Assembly: GCA_964392445.1 (NCBI GenBank)
Contig: CAYMPD010000003.1
Location: forward strand, 2,573-66,572
Reading direction: 5' to 3'
Length of the DNA: 64,000 nucleotides
DNA from: an uncultured archaeon
GTDB lineage: Archaea > Aenigmatarchaeota > Aenigmatarchaeia > CG10238-14
This document shows positions 38,150 through 47,355 of this stretch, in pieces. Below the pieces are notes generated by a model that did no database searches, was not told the origin of the DNA, and worked only from the letters and a program-made list of their open reading frames with translations. Within the stretch, counting starts at the first letter, position 1; each line of letters starts with the position of its first letter. A program made the translations under genes and the position numbers.

Positions 38150-38953
38150 TCAACCTATATACTTTAACTCCTCTCCACCTGCTTCCTTTGGTACTTTTTC
38201 TGCAAGCATCTGTGATAATGCTTTTGATTGTACTTTTTGTATCTTTTTCATGAACTTTTTCATCTCTTTTATTTTATCTTGCAACTCTTCCATATTAATT
38301 TCAATATTTAATATCTTCAGTAAAACTTTTAAGATTACCTCTGCAGTCTTTGGATCTGGAATTTCTGGCATTCCTGCGGTTTGACCGAGTAAACATAAAC
38401 CTTCCATGTCTCTATAACGCCCTAAACCCAAAAATAAACCAGAGGCACCAATTATCGTTCCTACTTTACTTCCAGCATCAAAATCTATATCATGCCCTTT
38501 GTATTTTTCAATAACCTTTGGATCACTCACAGCTCCAATAACCTTTGGTTTCTCATCTAAGTCCTGAACGCTTAGGCCGGCTGTGGTGATTAAGTCCTTA
38601 ACACCCAATTCTTCCAAAAAGTCCAGTACAGTCTCCACAATATCATAATGTCCTATCGGGTCCACGCTTTGACTATCACCGATTAGGAATATAATATCTC
38701 TTCCATCCGGCTTCTCGTTTTTCCAATAGTAAAATTCATTTTTAAGTACATGAACGGCTGAGCTTTGGTGTATAAGCACAAAAGGCATAAAGTGAGAAGA
38801 CATTAATTCCGCAAACTTCTCCGCACCTAACTCTTCAAGTAAGTACCCAACCGCTATTCTACCAACGTTTCCAACACCTGGTAGACCCTCGATAAAAATT
38901 GGGTCATTCAATTCTGGTAATTCTTTTAAAACTTTAATCTTTGCTCCTTCCAT
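38150..38953 (-). CDS. PAC2 (proteasome assembly chaperone 2) family protein
   Basis: PIFIEGLPGVGNVGRIAVGYL motif. Confidence 0.6.
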   Translation of the reverse strand: MEGAKIKVLKELPELNDPIFIEGLPGVGNVGRIAVGYLLEELGAEKFAELMSSHFMPFVLIHQSSAVHVLKNEFYYWKNEKPDGRDIIFLIGDSQSVDPIGHYDIVETVLDFLEELGVKDLITTAGLSVQDLDEKPKVIGAVSDPKVIEKYKGHDIDFDAGSKVGTIIGASGLFLGLGRYRDMEGLCLLGQTAGMPEIPDPKTAEVILKVLLKILNIEINMEELQDKIKEMKKFMKKIQKVQSKALSQMLAEKVPKEAGGEELKYIG

Positions 38954-38955
38954 TC

Positions 38956-39726
38956 TTATCCTCCTCCTATTTTGTAGCTTGCAGCACCATCTTTTATTTT
39001 TGATATTTCTTTTTCAAGATTTTTCCTAAATTTCTTCTCTGCTTTTTTAGGGTCTTTTGTGGTTATTTGTATGCTATATTTTGGTGCACTAATATATTTT
39101 ATCTCCCATTTATATTTGTCATTTAAACTATTAAGGAATTCCTTTACTCTGTCAACCCCATTCCCAGTGAAAAATTTGAGATTAAGTGCGGCTTTTATTT
39201 CAACCTCTTTCTTTTGAATTTTATCCTTTGCTATTTCTGCCATTATTTTTACGTACTTTTCATCAATACCTCTCCTGACCAATTGATCAGGGTCTTCTAA
39301 GGATAAACTGAAAGCGTTGAACATGTCGCCAAAAGTATCTTGGATATCATAACCTATTTTTTCGTAGGCCTCTTCAAGTGACAATTTCAATTCTTTTGCC
39401 ATAAACTCAAGCATCTTTTCAGCTCTTTCCTCTTGTTTGTATTCTTGAAGTTTTCTTTCTTTACTTTTTTTAGAAACTCTTTTAAGACTGAGGTTAATAT
39501 ACCCTTTTCCTTCATCTACTCGGGTTACTTTTGCGATGTAGTCTTTCCCCGTTTTAACAAAGTTTCTGATATCTCTAACCCACCTTCCAGAGACTTCTGA
39601 TACATGTATCATACCTTCTTTTCCAGGGTATTCCTTCAACCGACACAAAGCCGAGTAAGGGGTGATATTTTTAACAGTAACTAAAACTACTTCTCCTTCT
39701 GAGGGAAACCCTTTTCGTTTGACCAT
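38956..39726 (-). CDS. eif2a: translation initiation factor 2 alpha subunit (aIF2-alpha)
   Basis: N-terminal S1 domain (EGEVVLVTVKNITPYSALCRL…GMIHVSEVS); 256 aa. Confidence 0.85.
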   Translation of the reverse strand: MVKRKGFPSEGEVVLVTVKNITPYSALCRLKEYPGKEGMIHVSEVSGRWVRDIRNFVKTGKDYIAKVTRVDEGKGYINLSLKRVSKKSKERKLQEYKQEERAEKMLEFMAKELKLSLEEAYEKIGYDIQDTFGDMFNAFSLSLEDPDQLVRRGIDEKYVKIMAEIAKDKIQKKEVEIKAALNLKFFTGNGVDRVKEFLNSLNDKYKWEIKYISAPKYSIQITTKDPKKAEKKFRKNLEKEISKIKDGAASYKIGGG

Positions 39727-40006
39727 ATTATCTACAATAAGTGGGAATTAAAACTTTAAAAGGATTAATGATGTGAGAAATCAGATTACGTTGACTATTA
39801 TGAACTCGTAGATTATCCAACCAATGACTAGGATGAACGCCAATTGCAGGATTATTTTTGGTAGCTTCATTATTAGTATAAAATTGAATGGAATAAAATG
39901 AATTTATGTGGAGGAGTTGAGAAATTTATTTAAAAATGTGGACTTGGTTTGGATTTTTGATAGATAAAATAGTAAAGGACTTGGTTTTTAATTTTGTTTG
40001 GGTTTA

Positions 40007-40176
40007 TTACTTACAAATTGCTGGAGGATTATATGACTGTCCTGTATACCCTTGAATAAAACCAGTTACCCCGCAATAACCCCATGTCACTATATTTTGG
40101 AGTGGTTTACCTCGAAGAACACCGATCAAACCTATTACCAAATAGATTACAACCAAAATTAGAGCTAACTTCATTA
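40007..40176 (-). CDS. small membrane protein (below ORF-track size cutoff)
   Basis: Hand-translated MKKLMKLALILVVIYLVIGLIGVLRGKPLQNIVTWGYCGV… about 56 aa. Confidence 0.25.
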
Positions 40177-40243
40177 ATTTTTTCATAAGATAATATTGAA
40201 TTTTGCCGATAAAAACTTACTAAAACTTGATGAAGAAGAACCA

Positions 40244-40349
40244 TGCAGGGGGTGAGATTCGAACTCACGAACCGACTAACGGACAGAGTCCTAAGCATCG
40301 CAAACCTTTTCGATTTCCTGCGCCTTTGACCAGACTTGGCGACCCCTGC
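40244..40349 (-). tRNA. tRNA-Leu(TAG) with about 20-nt intron at a non-canonical position (anticodon stem)
   Basis: Acceptor gcagggg/cccctgc; class-II D-arm GCCAAGTCTGGTCAAAGGC; anticodon loop CTTAGGA; long variable arm; T-arm gtgag-ttcgaat-ctcac; 106 nt total, 86 nt after removing AAATCGAAAAGGTTTGCGAT. Confidence 0.7.
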
Positions 40350-41051
40350 TTATAATTTCAAAGATACAAATGGAAATGTATTTTTAAATCTATTTGCATC
40401 CTCCTCTTTCCCAATTATCACATCAAAGATGGGTTTTTTAGATACGTTGTGCTTCCAGCTAGATGTAAATGGAGAAATATTAAATCTATTTAATGCTTTT
40501 TTGATATCAGAGGAGAGAGCTTCACTTGAAGACGTGAATGAAATTCTACCGTTCTTATTCCCTCCATCGGCTAAGAAAAGACCAGACAGGAAGAATTTCA
40601 AACAACCCATGTTCTTCTTTATATAATCTGGGATTTTTACTTTATCGCTTTTTTTACCACATGGTATCTCGAAAATTTTGTTGAATAAGGTCCAAACAGC
40701 TTTATTATCAAACTCAATTTTCCATCTAATTTTCCTATTCTCTCTTGTGTCTAGTTTTTTCTTTAGTTTAAGATCAAGTTTGAAAGTTTTATTAAATTTT
40801 AACATCACAAGTTTCATCAATCCTCTATTGGCCATTTCTATAGTTATTCTAAATCTACCATCCTTTGTTAAATGACCATCTCCGATAATGATTCCGGAAA
40901 GAAAGGACAAATCAGGAGTTACATTTATAGGTATTTCTCTAATATTTTTACCCCAGAAATTTGATTTACACCAAATTTTTTCCGAATTTTTCTTAACAAC
41001 TGCTATTCTAGTATCCTTTTCTATTTCTTTGACAAATTCGTTGAAATTCAT
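40350..41051 (-). CDS. LAGLIDADG homing endonuclease (two-motif, single chain)
   Basis: LSGIIIGDGHL and LSGLFLADGG motifs; stop codon abuts the 5' end of tRNA-Leu. Confidence 0.7.
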   Translation of the reverse strand: MNFNEFVKEIEKDTRIAVVKKNSEKIWCKSNFWGKNIREIPINVTPDLSFLSGIIIGDGHLTKDGRFRITIEMANRGLMKLVMLKFNKTFKLDLKLKKKLDTRENRKIRWKIEFDNKAVWTLFNKIFEIPCGKKSDKVKIPDYIKKNMGCLKFFLSGLFLADGGNKNGRISFTSSSEALSSDIKKALNRFNISPFTSSWKHNVSKKPIFDVIIGKEEDANRFKNTFPFVSLKL

Positions 41052-41257
41052 TTATATAACCTTTAAATTATTTTTATAATATCTTCAATCATAACTAATT
41101 TTAAACCTATTTTTCTTCTTCAATTTCTATCTTTACCCTTTATATAATGGTTTTCTTGGACTTTAAATTAAGATCTATTTTTAATAAAATCAAAAAGCCT
41201 AAAACCATCTTCAGACACATTTTTTCCACTTTTTGAGGCATAAATATTAAAACTTAA

Positions 41258-41842
41258 TTGTATAATCTATTAATATATATTAGTAACTGCGTTCGAGTGA
41301 TAAAAATGAGACCAAGAATTACAAGAAAGCACAGAAAATCATTTGTTCTGGCAGCAATAACTCTTTTAATTAGTCTACTCGCCGCGCTATTTTTTCGTAA
41401 CATACTCATTTTTTTCTTACTCATAGGTTTTAACGCCTTACTGAATCTTTACCAAGCATCAACAGGTTTACCATTTGACATGACACCTACAATACCACTG
41501 GTTGTTATATTTTCGATGAAATTTGGATTTTGGTTTGGGCTTATTTTCTTGTTCCTGAGTTCTATCATTCCCACTATCATTGTTTCAGCATTAACTACGC
41601 CCAATGTTTTTTTCTCTTTGTTCGTTGGTTTATTGATAGGTTACTTATCAACGGCAGGATTAACTGATAATGCTTTTGTTTATGGGCTGATTTTGATTGT
41701 GTTTGAAGGACTGATTGGTCTAGTTATTGCTAGTCTTGCTTCTGTTGAGACTATGCCTCCGTTTTTTGTATTTTTGGCTTCGGGTGTGAACTTGTTTTAC
41801 TTTGTTATATTTTATAATTTTCTGAGTTATATTTTACTTTGA
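41258..41842 (+). CDS. hypothetical polytopic membrane protein
   Basis: 194 aa, about 6 TM helices. Confidence 0.45.
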   Translation: MYNLLIYISNCVRVIKMRPRITRKHRKSFVLAAITLLISLLAALFFRNILIFFLLIGFNALLNLYQASTGLPFDMTPTIPLVVIFSMKFGFWFGLIFLFLSSIIPTIIVSALTTPNVFFSLFVGLLIGYLSTAGLTDNAFVYGLILIVFEGLIGLVIASLASVETMPPFFVFLASGVNLFYFVIFYNFLSYILL

Positions 41843-41861
41843 GTTGTTTTTAGGAATTAAG

Positions 41862-41949
41862 TGCTCCCGACGGGATTCGAACCCGTGTCCTCGGCTATCT
41901 TCCAGAAGTCGAAAGGCCGATATCCTTGGCCGGACTAGACTACGGGAGC
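41862..41949 (-). tRNA. tRNA-Glu(TTC) with 13-nt intron
   Basis: Acceptor gctcccg/cgggagc; anticodon stem tcggc/gccga; loop CTTTCGA; intron ACTTCTGGAAGAT (internal cttc/gaag helix); T-arm acggg-ttcgaat-cccgt; 88 nt. Confidence 0.7.
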
Positions 41950-41954
41950 TTGAG

Positions 41955-42043
41955 TGGGCCGAACAGGATTTGAACCTGTGATTTCTGCCATTTTGATTCG
42001 AAAATCGTCAAGGCAGCGTCTTAACCAACTGGACCATCGGCCC
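41955..42043 (-). tRNA. tRNA-Val(GAC) with 15-nt intron
   Basis: Acceptor gggccga/tcggccc; anticodon stem ctgcc/ggcag; loop TTGACGA; 15-nt insert; T-arm acagg-ttcaaat-cctgt; 89 nt. Confidence 0.7.
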
Positions 42044-42075
42044 TTGCTAACTAATAATGACAATAATAATTTAAA

Positions 42076-42088
42076 TTCGTTTATGACG
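42076..42088. repeat. attL-like direct repeat: 13-bp copy of tRNA-Ser 3' end (ACGCTGAGGGTGG)
   Basis: Identical to 46225..46237, which spans T-stem/acceptor/discriminator of tRNA-Ser; followed by 11-bp terminal inverted repeat TTAAGTATAAC at 42099..42109. Confidence 0.7.
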
Positions 42089-42510
42089 CTGAGGGTGGAA
42101 TAGAAAGCTTAAGTATAACCCAAGTGGCTGACTAGTGCCATTATAGCTACCTGTGCTTATATAGTTTTTTACTATTTATGATTTTAGTGTAAGGTGCGGT
42201 TTTGATGGTAAAACTACAATAAGTAAAAAATAGATACTCAATTACAATTCCAAAGGAGTATGTTAAACTCAAGAAATGGGAGAAAGGACAGGAGCTAGTT
42301 GTAGGTTTAATGGGGACTGTGATAGATGTAAACTGTGAGTTAGAGAACATCTAGTTAGTAAAAAAATGGAAATAAAGAATAAAGTTACGCATTGAAATCC
42401 ACTAAAAAAGGAGTTGTTTCTTTGTAATACAGGCAATTCCTATAAGTATCAGATATTTAAAATTATTTATCATAATTGAATCAGACAGGATTTAATGATT
42501 CATCGATAAG

Positions 42511-43806
42511 ATGATAATGATTCAAATGCAAAATCAAATCCCCTATCAGGAAGTAGAAGAATGTAGAGTATGTGGGGGTACGGATTTCACACCATATCTG
42601 GATTTAGGAGAAATGCCTTTGGTTAATAGACTTTTAACAGACCCAAACGATCCTGATCCAAAATTTCCTTTAGAAGTACTCTACTGTAATGATTGTTCAA
42701 ATTCTCAGTTAAGTGTAGTAGTAGACCCATCCATTCTTTTCAGAGATTATGTATATCGTTCCTCAATGTCACAAACTTATATGGATCATTGTGCCCGTAT
42801 GGCTCGATTATCAGAAAGGGAATTGGATATGTCAGAGGGCGATCTTGTAGTAGATATAGCGTCTAATGATGGAGCTCTTCTTCAACAATTTAAACCATAT
42901 AATGTTAGAGTACTCGGGATTGACCCAGCAACTAATCTTGCTAAAATTGCGACTGAAGAAGGAATACCGACAATCGCAGAATTTTGGCCGGGTGATTTAC
43001 CAGAAAGAATAATTGAAGAGTATGGTCCAGCTAAAATAATTACTGCAACTAATGTATTTGCTCATGTGGGTGATATCCAAGGATTTGCAAGGGGGGTTTA
43101 TGATCTACTTGATGAAGAGGGAACCTTTATGGTTGAATTTCCATATATGGTAGATTTGATTCAAAATGGTTGTTTTGATACAATTTATCATGAACATCTA
43201 TCATATTTTTTAGTTTCTCCCCTAGTAGAACTTTTTAGAAGAGTTGGTTTAGATATAGCTCGGGTCGATAGATTACCAATACATGGTGGGAGCGTAAGAC
43301 TTTATGTAAGAAAAGACGGTTCTATAGAAACTTCTGTGGAAGAAAATCTTTTAATGGAGGAGGAAATGGGATACCATGATATTAGTAGATATTTAGGATT
43401 TGCAGAAAAAACAGATGAAGTTAGAGAAGATTTATTAGATCTACTAGAACAAAAACAGACTAGGGGAGAAAGTGTGGCAGCTTTTGGCGCAGCTGCCAAG
43501 GGGACTATTTTATTAAATTATTGTGATATTGGACCAGAAATCATTCCGTATATTGTAGATGATACACCTGAAAAACAAGGAAAATATATACCTGGGATGC
43601 ATATACCTGTGGTCTCTAGAGATAGATTGACCAGATCAATACCTGATAATCTCTTAATCTTACCATGGAACTTTTTAACAGAAATTCTATCAAATACAGC
43701 ATCTTTTAGATCTACAGGGGGTTCGTATATAGCTGCTATACCTCGTGTCCGTGTAATAAAACCTGAGAGAATCAAAACGGATAGAGTACCTGTAGCCCAG
43801 ATTTAA
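42511..43806 (+). CDS. sugar C-methyltransferase-like SAM-dependent methyltransferase (TylC3/TcaB9-like architecture)
   Basis: N-terminal Cys4 zinc-binding region (CRVCGG…CNDCSNSQL); central SAM-binding fold (VVDIASNDGAL); C-methyltransferase-like C-terminus; 431 aa. Confidence 0.55.
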   Translation: MIMIQMQNQIPYQEVEECRVCGGTDFTPYLDLGEMPLVNRLLTDPNDPDPKFPLEVLYCNDCSNSQLSVVVDPSILFRDYVYRSSMSQTYMDHCARMARLSERELDMSEGDLVVDIASNDGALLQQFKPYNVRVLGIDPATNLAKIATEEGIPTIAEFWPGDLPERIIEEYGPAKIITATNVFAHVGDIQGFARGVYDLLDEEGTFMVEFPYMVDLIQNGCFDTIYHEHLSYFLVSPLVELFRRVGLDIARVDRLPIHGGSVRLYVRKDGSIETSVEENLLMEEEMGYHDISRYLGFAEKTDEVREDLLDLLEQKQTRGESVAAFGAAAKGTILLNYCDIGPEIIPYIVDDTPEKQGKYIPGMHIPVVSRDRLTRSIPDNLLILPWNFLTEILSNTASFRSTGGSYIAAIPRVRVIKPERIKTDRVPVAQI

Positions 43807-44119
43807 TGAATTATTAGTAAAAAATCTCCCGAACCATCAATAACTAAACTTAACACTGTAATTATTTACACCCATGACTCCCGCATACACGCACATCCCT
43901 CTTGTCCAAAACAACTCACACGTTCTAAATTAATCCTTCCCGCTTCGCAGTAACTCTTATTATGGACCTTCCGTGTGTGTCCTCCCAGAGGTGATGTGCT
44001 ATGCAAAGTGTAAATAGAACTGTTAGAAGAGTTAATGAAGAGCTGTTTGGTTTCGGAGATTTCTGGGTTGATAGAGATTGAGAGGTCTCCTTGCTTTATA
44101 TTCTCCTATTCAGATACTT

Positions 44120-44500
44120 TTATGCCAATATTTCAACGACTCTCTCACAAGAACTTTTATAAAAAATATGTTCGTATCCAGAAAAAGATTCTTCACGAAT
44201 CTCATCTAAGTGTGAGCTTAATCTACCTGTAATACCTATCATTGTAGGGAGAGTTGCATAATGTCTTCTCGCCACTTCTAAAACATCTTGTGGTCCATTA
44301 CTTCTATACCTCCTTGCTCCTTTTCTTGAGAGGCCACTAATCCCAGCATCCACTATGATAGCATCATATGAACTCTCAAAAATTCTATCTCTAGCTTGAG
44401 TAGCATTATGAGCTACATCAACTTCGTATCCTCTACGAGATAAAAATCCTCCATAACCGTCTCTGAAAGAATGATCATCTTCTACTAACAAAATTTTCAT
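44120..44500 (-). CDS. CheY-like response-regulator receiver domain protein (stand-alone REC)
   Basis: MKILLVEDDHSFRDGYGGFLSRRGYEVDVAHNATQARDRI…YDAIIVDAGISG; start moved to the internal Met. Confidence 0.55.
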   Translation of the reverse strand: MKILLVEDDHSFRDGYGGFLSRRGYEVDVAHNATQARDRIFESSYDAIIVDAGISGLSRKGARRYRSNGPQDVLEVARRHYATLPTMIGITGRLSSHLDEIREESFSGYEHIFYKSSCERVVEILA

Positions 44501-44809
44501 AACTAAAACTAGATGGTTAGATATAAAAAAGTGATTTTCTCTGCCCATGATAACTAGGTCTTCTACCATGCAAACAGTCGAATTAAACCCGATTATGCAA
44601 GTCATGTTCTCCCGAGGAATAGTATCGCTTGTATCTACGGGTTATTAGTAGTAGCTTTCATTCTCCTGACATCCCATTTCGGTTTAAAGACGACGAAATG
44701 TACTAGAACCTATCACGTCCTTTACTGGTTGCTTGCTAGCGTGTTCTTGATTAACTTTGTTAGGGAGTTGATTTTGTTTTGAATGGGTTGAGAAAGTCTT
44801 ATTTAATAA

Positions 44810-45115
44810 CTATCCTGTTGTAACATACCTCATAGCTGGTCTCTCAACTCTTTCTATATAACCCCTGTGCTCTCTTCGTAATGCAAGACTAATTTCGTCT
44901 TCTTGGTCCACTGGGACTCTAACTCTGTATGTTCGACTAAGTGCTCTTACTCGTGGGTCTTGAAAACCTTCTGCTAATTCAAACGGGCGGTCATATTCAA
45001 ATCCTGTAAGTATTTCTTGAATTTGAGTTTCTTCGGTACCTTCAACAAAAGTAACCAGCAATCTTCCAGAAGAAGTAACAGGCCTACCTTGGTCATCAGT
45101 ATCCCGATCAATCAT
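44810..45115 (-). CDS. hypothetical protein (element cargo)
   Basis: 101-aa ORF, GC-richer; no motif recognised. Confidence 0.35.
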   Translation of the reverse strand: MIDRDTDDQGRPVTSSGRLLVTFVEGTEETQIQEILTGFEYDRPFELAEGFQDPRVRALSRTYRVRVPVDQEDEISLALRREHRGYIERVERPAMRYVTTG

Positions 45116-45239
45116 AGTATATTATTAAGTAAGAACATTATTAATATCGACTTTTATACTTCGTAGAAATTAAAAACCCAAAAGTCCTAAATTTGGAATT
45201 CAATTTTTCTATTTGAGATGAAAGATTAGAGATAAAAGA

Positions 45240-45611
45240 TTGCATGTCCAACTAATTAATATGACTGGAGGAGTTGGAGAAGAACCCCTTGGAACTGAAA
45301 GTGCAAATATAGTCCGAGTAACGGAAAAATGGCAAACTGATGAAAAGGGAGATAGATACTCTGATACTTCCGCTTTTTATCAATTCGCTCAAGGCGATGG
45401 TTATGGTAACAATCATAGCGATCCCTTTACGGCATTGAATTATGCACTACTTAACGCAGAAACAAATAGGAAAGGACGGGTCCCAGAATCTATCAAAGCT
45501 ATAATTGAATTATTACCTGTAAGTAGAAGACTTAGACCCGCGATGGAAATAAGACTTGAAGAGCACGCTAGATCGCTAGGAGTTCCAGTTGATGTTAAAT
45601 ACATAAGGTAA
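45240..45611 (+). CDS. hypothetical protein (element cargo)
   Basis: 123-aa ORF; no motif recognised. Confidence 0.35.
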   Translation: MHVQLINMTGGVGEEPLGTESANIVRVTEKWQTDEKGDRYSDTSAFYQFAQGDGYGNNHSDPFTALNYALLNAETNRKGRVPESIKAIIELLPVSRRLRPAMEIRLEEHARSLGVPVDVKYIR

Positions 45612-45744
45612 TCTTGTGTAAATATTCGCTAAAACATAAGCCTATTTCAAGTATCCTAGGATATATTAACTCATTCACTAACACCGAAATTTTTTCTATT
45701 TACACCAAAAATAACTATAATAAATTCAGTTGGCATTACTATCC

Positions 45745-46077
45745 TCACAATATTTCTTTCAAGGCCCCCTGACTTCTTAACCTATCTCTCATAGTAGTAT
45801 AAATCTCATCTATTGTTATCTGCCTCTCTGCTTCAGTTCTAGGAAAATATAGTATATTTCCATCTGGATCTAGTTCCATCAGATAAATAGAACCTGAAGT
45901 GAATTTGGAATCTCCCGTCAAAAATGTAAATCGCCATCTATAACCACGTTCTTCTGATTCCCAATCCCATGCCCAATCATTTGCTTTCTTAATACAAGCT
46001 CTAGGATCCACTTCCCGACTTACTCTTCTATATGCACTATTAGCTTCTCTTTTTACTTCATCCAAATCGTATGGCAT
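45745..46077 (-). CDS. hypothetical protein (element cargo)
   Basis: 110-aa ORF; no motif recognised. Confidence 0.35.
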   Translation of the reverse strand: MPYDLDEVKREANSAYRRVSREVDPRACIKKANDWAWDWESEERGYRWRFTFLTGDSKFTSGSIYLMELDPDGNILYFPRTEAERQITIDEIYTTMRDRLRSQGALKEIL

Positions 46078-46225
46078 GAAATAAATATGAGGGTGAAATT
46101 TAAATAATCAATTATACCCCTAAAAGACCGAGTTAATCCCAGATTCCTATCTTATCTCCCGCTCGCCTTATACTTGAACTCACATCCCCGTCAAAGACCC
46201 CTCCAAAGTTATACTTAAACTCTAA

Positions 46226-46308
46226 CGCTGAGGGTGGGATTTGAACCCACAAGCCACAAGGGCGCTAGTTTAGCAGACTAGTGCGATACCAGATTACGCG
46301 ACCTCAGC
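46226..46308 (-). tRNA. tRNA-Ser(GCT)
   Basis: Acceptor gctgagg/cctcagc; class-II D-arm; anticodon stem ctagt/actag; loop CTGCTAA; 14-nt variable arm; T-arm gtggg-ttcaaat-cccac; 83 nt; its 3' end forms the attR-like repeat. Confidence 0.8.
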
Positions 46309-46396
46309 ACACACCATAGTTCACAGTTAAATTATTAATCTATTAAAACTTAATAAATTCAATAGTCTATAATTATTGTTAAGGAGGTTAAAAAAT

Positions 46397-46675
46397 ATGC
46401 CAATTACAGTAAAAGATATTTCCGATATGTTTAGTAAAGATGTCTTCACAGACAAAGGATTTTATTGCGGGAAAGTTTCTGATATAGAATTCGACCTTTC
46501 CAGATTCAAAGTAAGATCTGTAATTATAGAAGCAGCGAAAGGAACCTTTCTTGGTAAAATAGTTGGTGGAAAAAAAGGAATAATCGTTCCCTACCAAATG
46601 GTTCAATCGATCGGCGACATAGTTATAATCAAACACATAAGCACACCAATTCCAGAGGAAGGAGAAGCACAGTGA
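46397..46675 (+). CDS. PRC-barrel domain protein
   Basis: Start placed at ATG after GGAGG-like spacer (ttaaggaggttaaaaaatATG); GFYCGKVSDIEFDL…KKGIIVPYQMVQSIGDIVII PRC-barrel pattern. Confidence 0.55.
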   Translation: MPITVKDISDMFSKDVFTDKGFYCGKVSDIEFDLSRFKVRSVIIEAAKGTFLGKIVGGKKGIIVPYQMVQSIGDIVIIKHISTPIPEEGEAQ

Positions 46676-46935
46676 AATTACCAAAAAAAACTAAGGAAAT
46701 GTCATGGACTCGTGTTGGAAATGCTTATGTTCTTGTAGATCCTGAGACCAAAAAGAATGTCACAATCGATCCTATTGCTTTTATGGTTTGGGTCCAATGT
46801 GATGGAGAAACTAATCTTGAAAGTATGACTGATGTTTTTTCTGTTGATGGTAATAGGGATATAGTTATGGCCGCTTTGAAAGGGATACTCGAGAAACTTG
46901 AAGATTCTGGGTTAATTGAGTGGAAAGATAATTAG
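46672..46935 (+). CDS. PqqD-family (RiPP recognition element-like) small protein
   Basis: SWTRVGNAYVLVDPETKKNVTIDPIAFMVWVQCDGETNLESM…ALKGILEKLEDSGLI matches PqqD pattern; 4-nt overlap with PRC-barrel gene. Confidence 0.5.
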   Translation: MKLPKKTKEMSWTRVGNAYVLVDPETKKNVTIDPIAFMVWVQCDGETNLESMTDVFSVDGNRDIVMAALKGILEKLEDSGLIEWKDN

Positions 46936-46949
46936 GAAATAATTAATAT

Positions 46950-47333
46950 CTACTTAGGACTTTCTAATGTTCTAGTACCTTCTATCTCATAATACATTAT
47001 CTCTTGTCCAGAATCCAATTTACCTTTCATGCTTTTGGGTATATCCAATTCAAATGTCGAATAGTCAGTCAGATCCATCAACTGGACCTTATCTCCAACT
47101 ATCGCAAGAACTTGTGCTTGTTTTTTGTTAAGAATAGGAACTGGTACTTTAGCATCTGCCGGTTTAATTATACTTCTTCTTCTATTATCAAACATTCCCA
47201 TCCCTTCAACTCTAGCCTTAGCAGCACCATGTTTACCAGATTTAGATATATTCACAGCAACTACCTTACAGGGAACATCATCAATAAGTACAAACCCACC
47301 TTTCTTTAAATTTTTAATTACAGTATCTGCCAT
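46950..47333 (-). CDS. eif5a: translation initiation factor 5A (aIF-5A)
   Basis: Hypusine-loop motif SKSGKHGAAK; 127 aa. Confidence 0.85.
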   Translation of the reverse strand: MADTVIKNLKKGGFVLIDDVPCKVVAVNISKSGKHGAAKARVEGMGMFDNRRRSIIKPADAKVPVPILNKKQAQVLAIVGDKVQLMDLTDYSTFELDIPKSMKGKLDSGQEIMYYEIEGTRTLESPK

Positions 47334-47355
47334 TTATTCACCTTCAAAAAAGTAA

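Larger units (their letters stand above)
42089..46224. mobile_element. about 4.1-kb integrated element (or remnant) inserted at tRNA-Ser 3' end; no integrase present
   Basis: 13-bp direct repeats 42076-42088 / 46225-46237 plus inverted terminal repeats TTAAGTATAAC (42099-42109) / GTTATACTTAA (46208-46218); cargo noticeably GC-richer than flanks. Confidence 0.6.

Noticed and set aside
40107-40298. 63-aa ORF on the minus strand
   Set aside because: It overlaps the tRNA-Leu gene (40244..40349) and has no coding features; likely spurious. A better small membrane ORF in another frame (40007..40176) was noted instead.
42089-46224. Searched the inserted element for an integrase/recombinase or for split int halves at the borders (SSV-type)
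   Set aside because: No ORF with tyrosine- or serine-recombinase motifs was found at the borders or inside. The element is therefore described as an integrase-less remnant or trans-mobilised element, not as a provirus.
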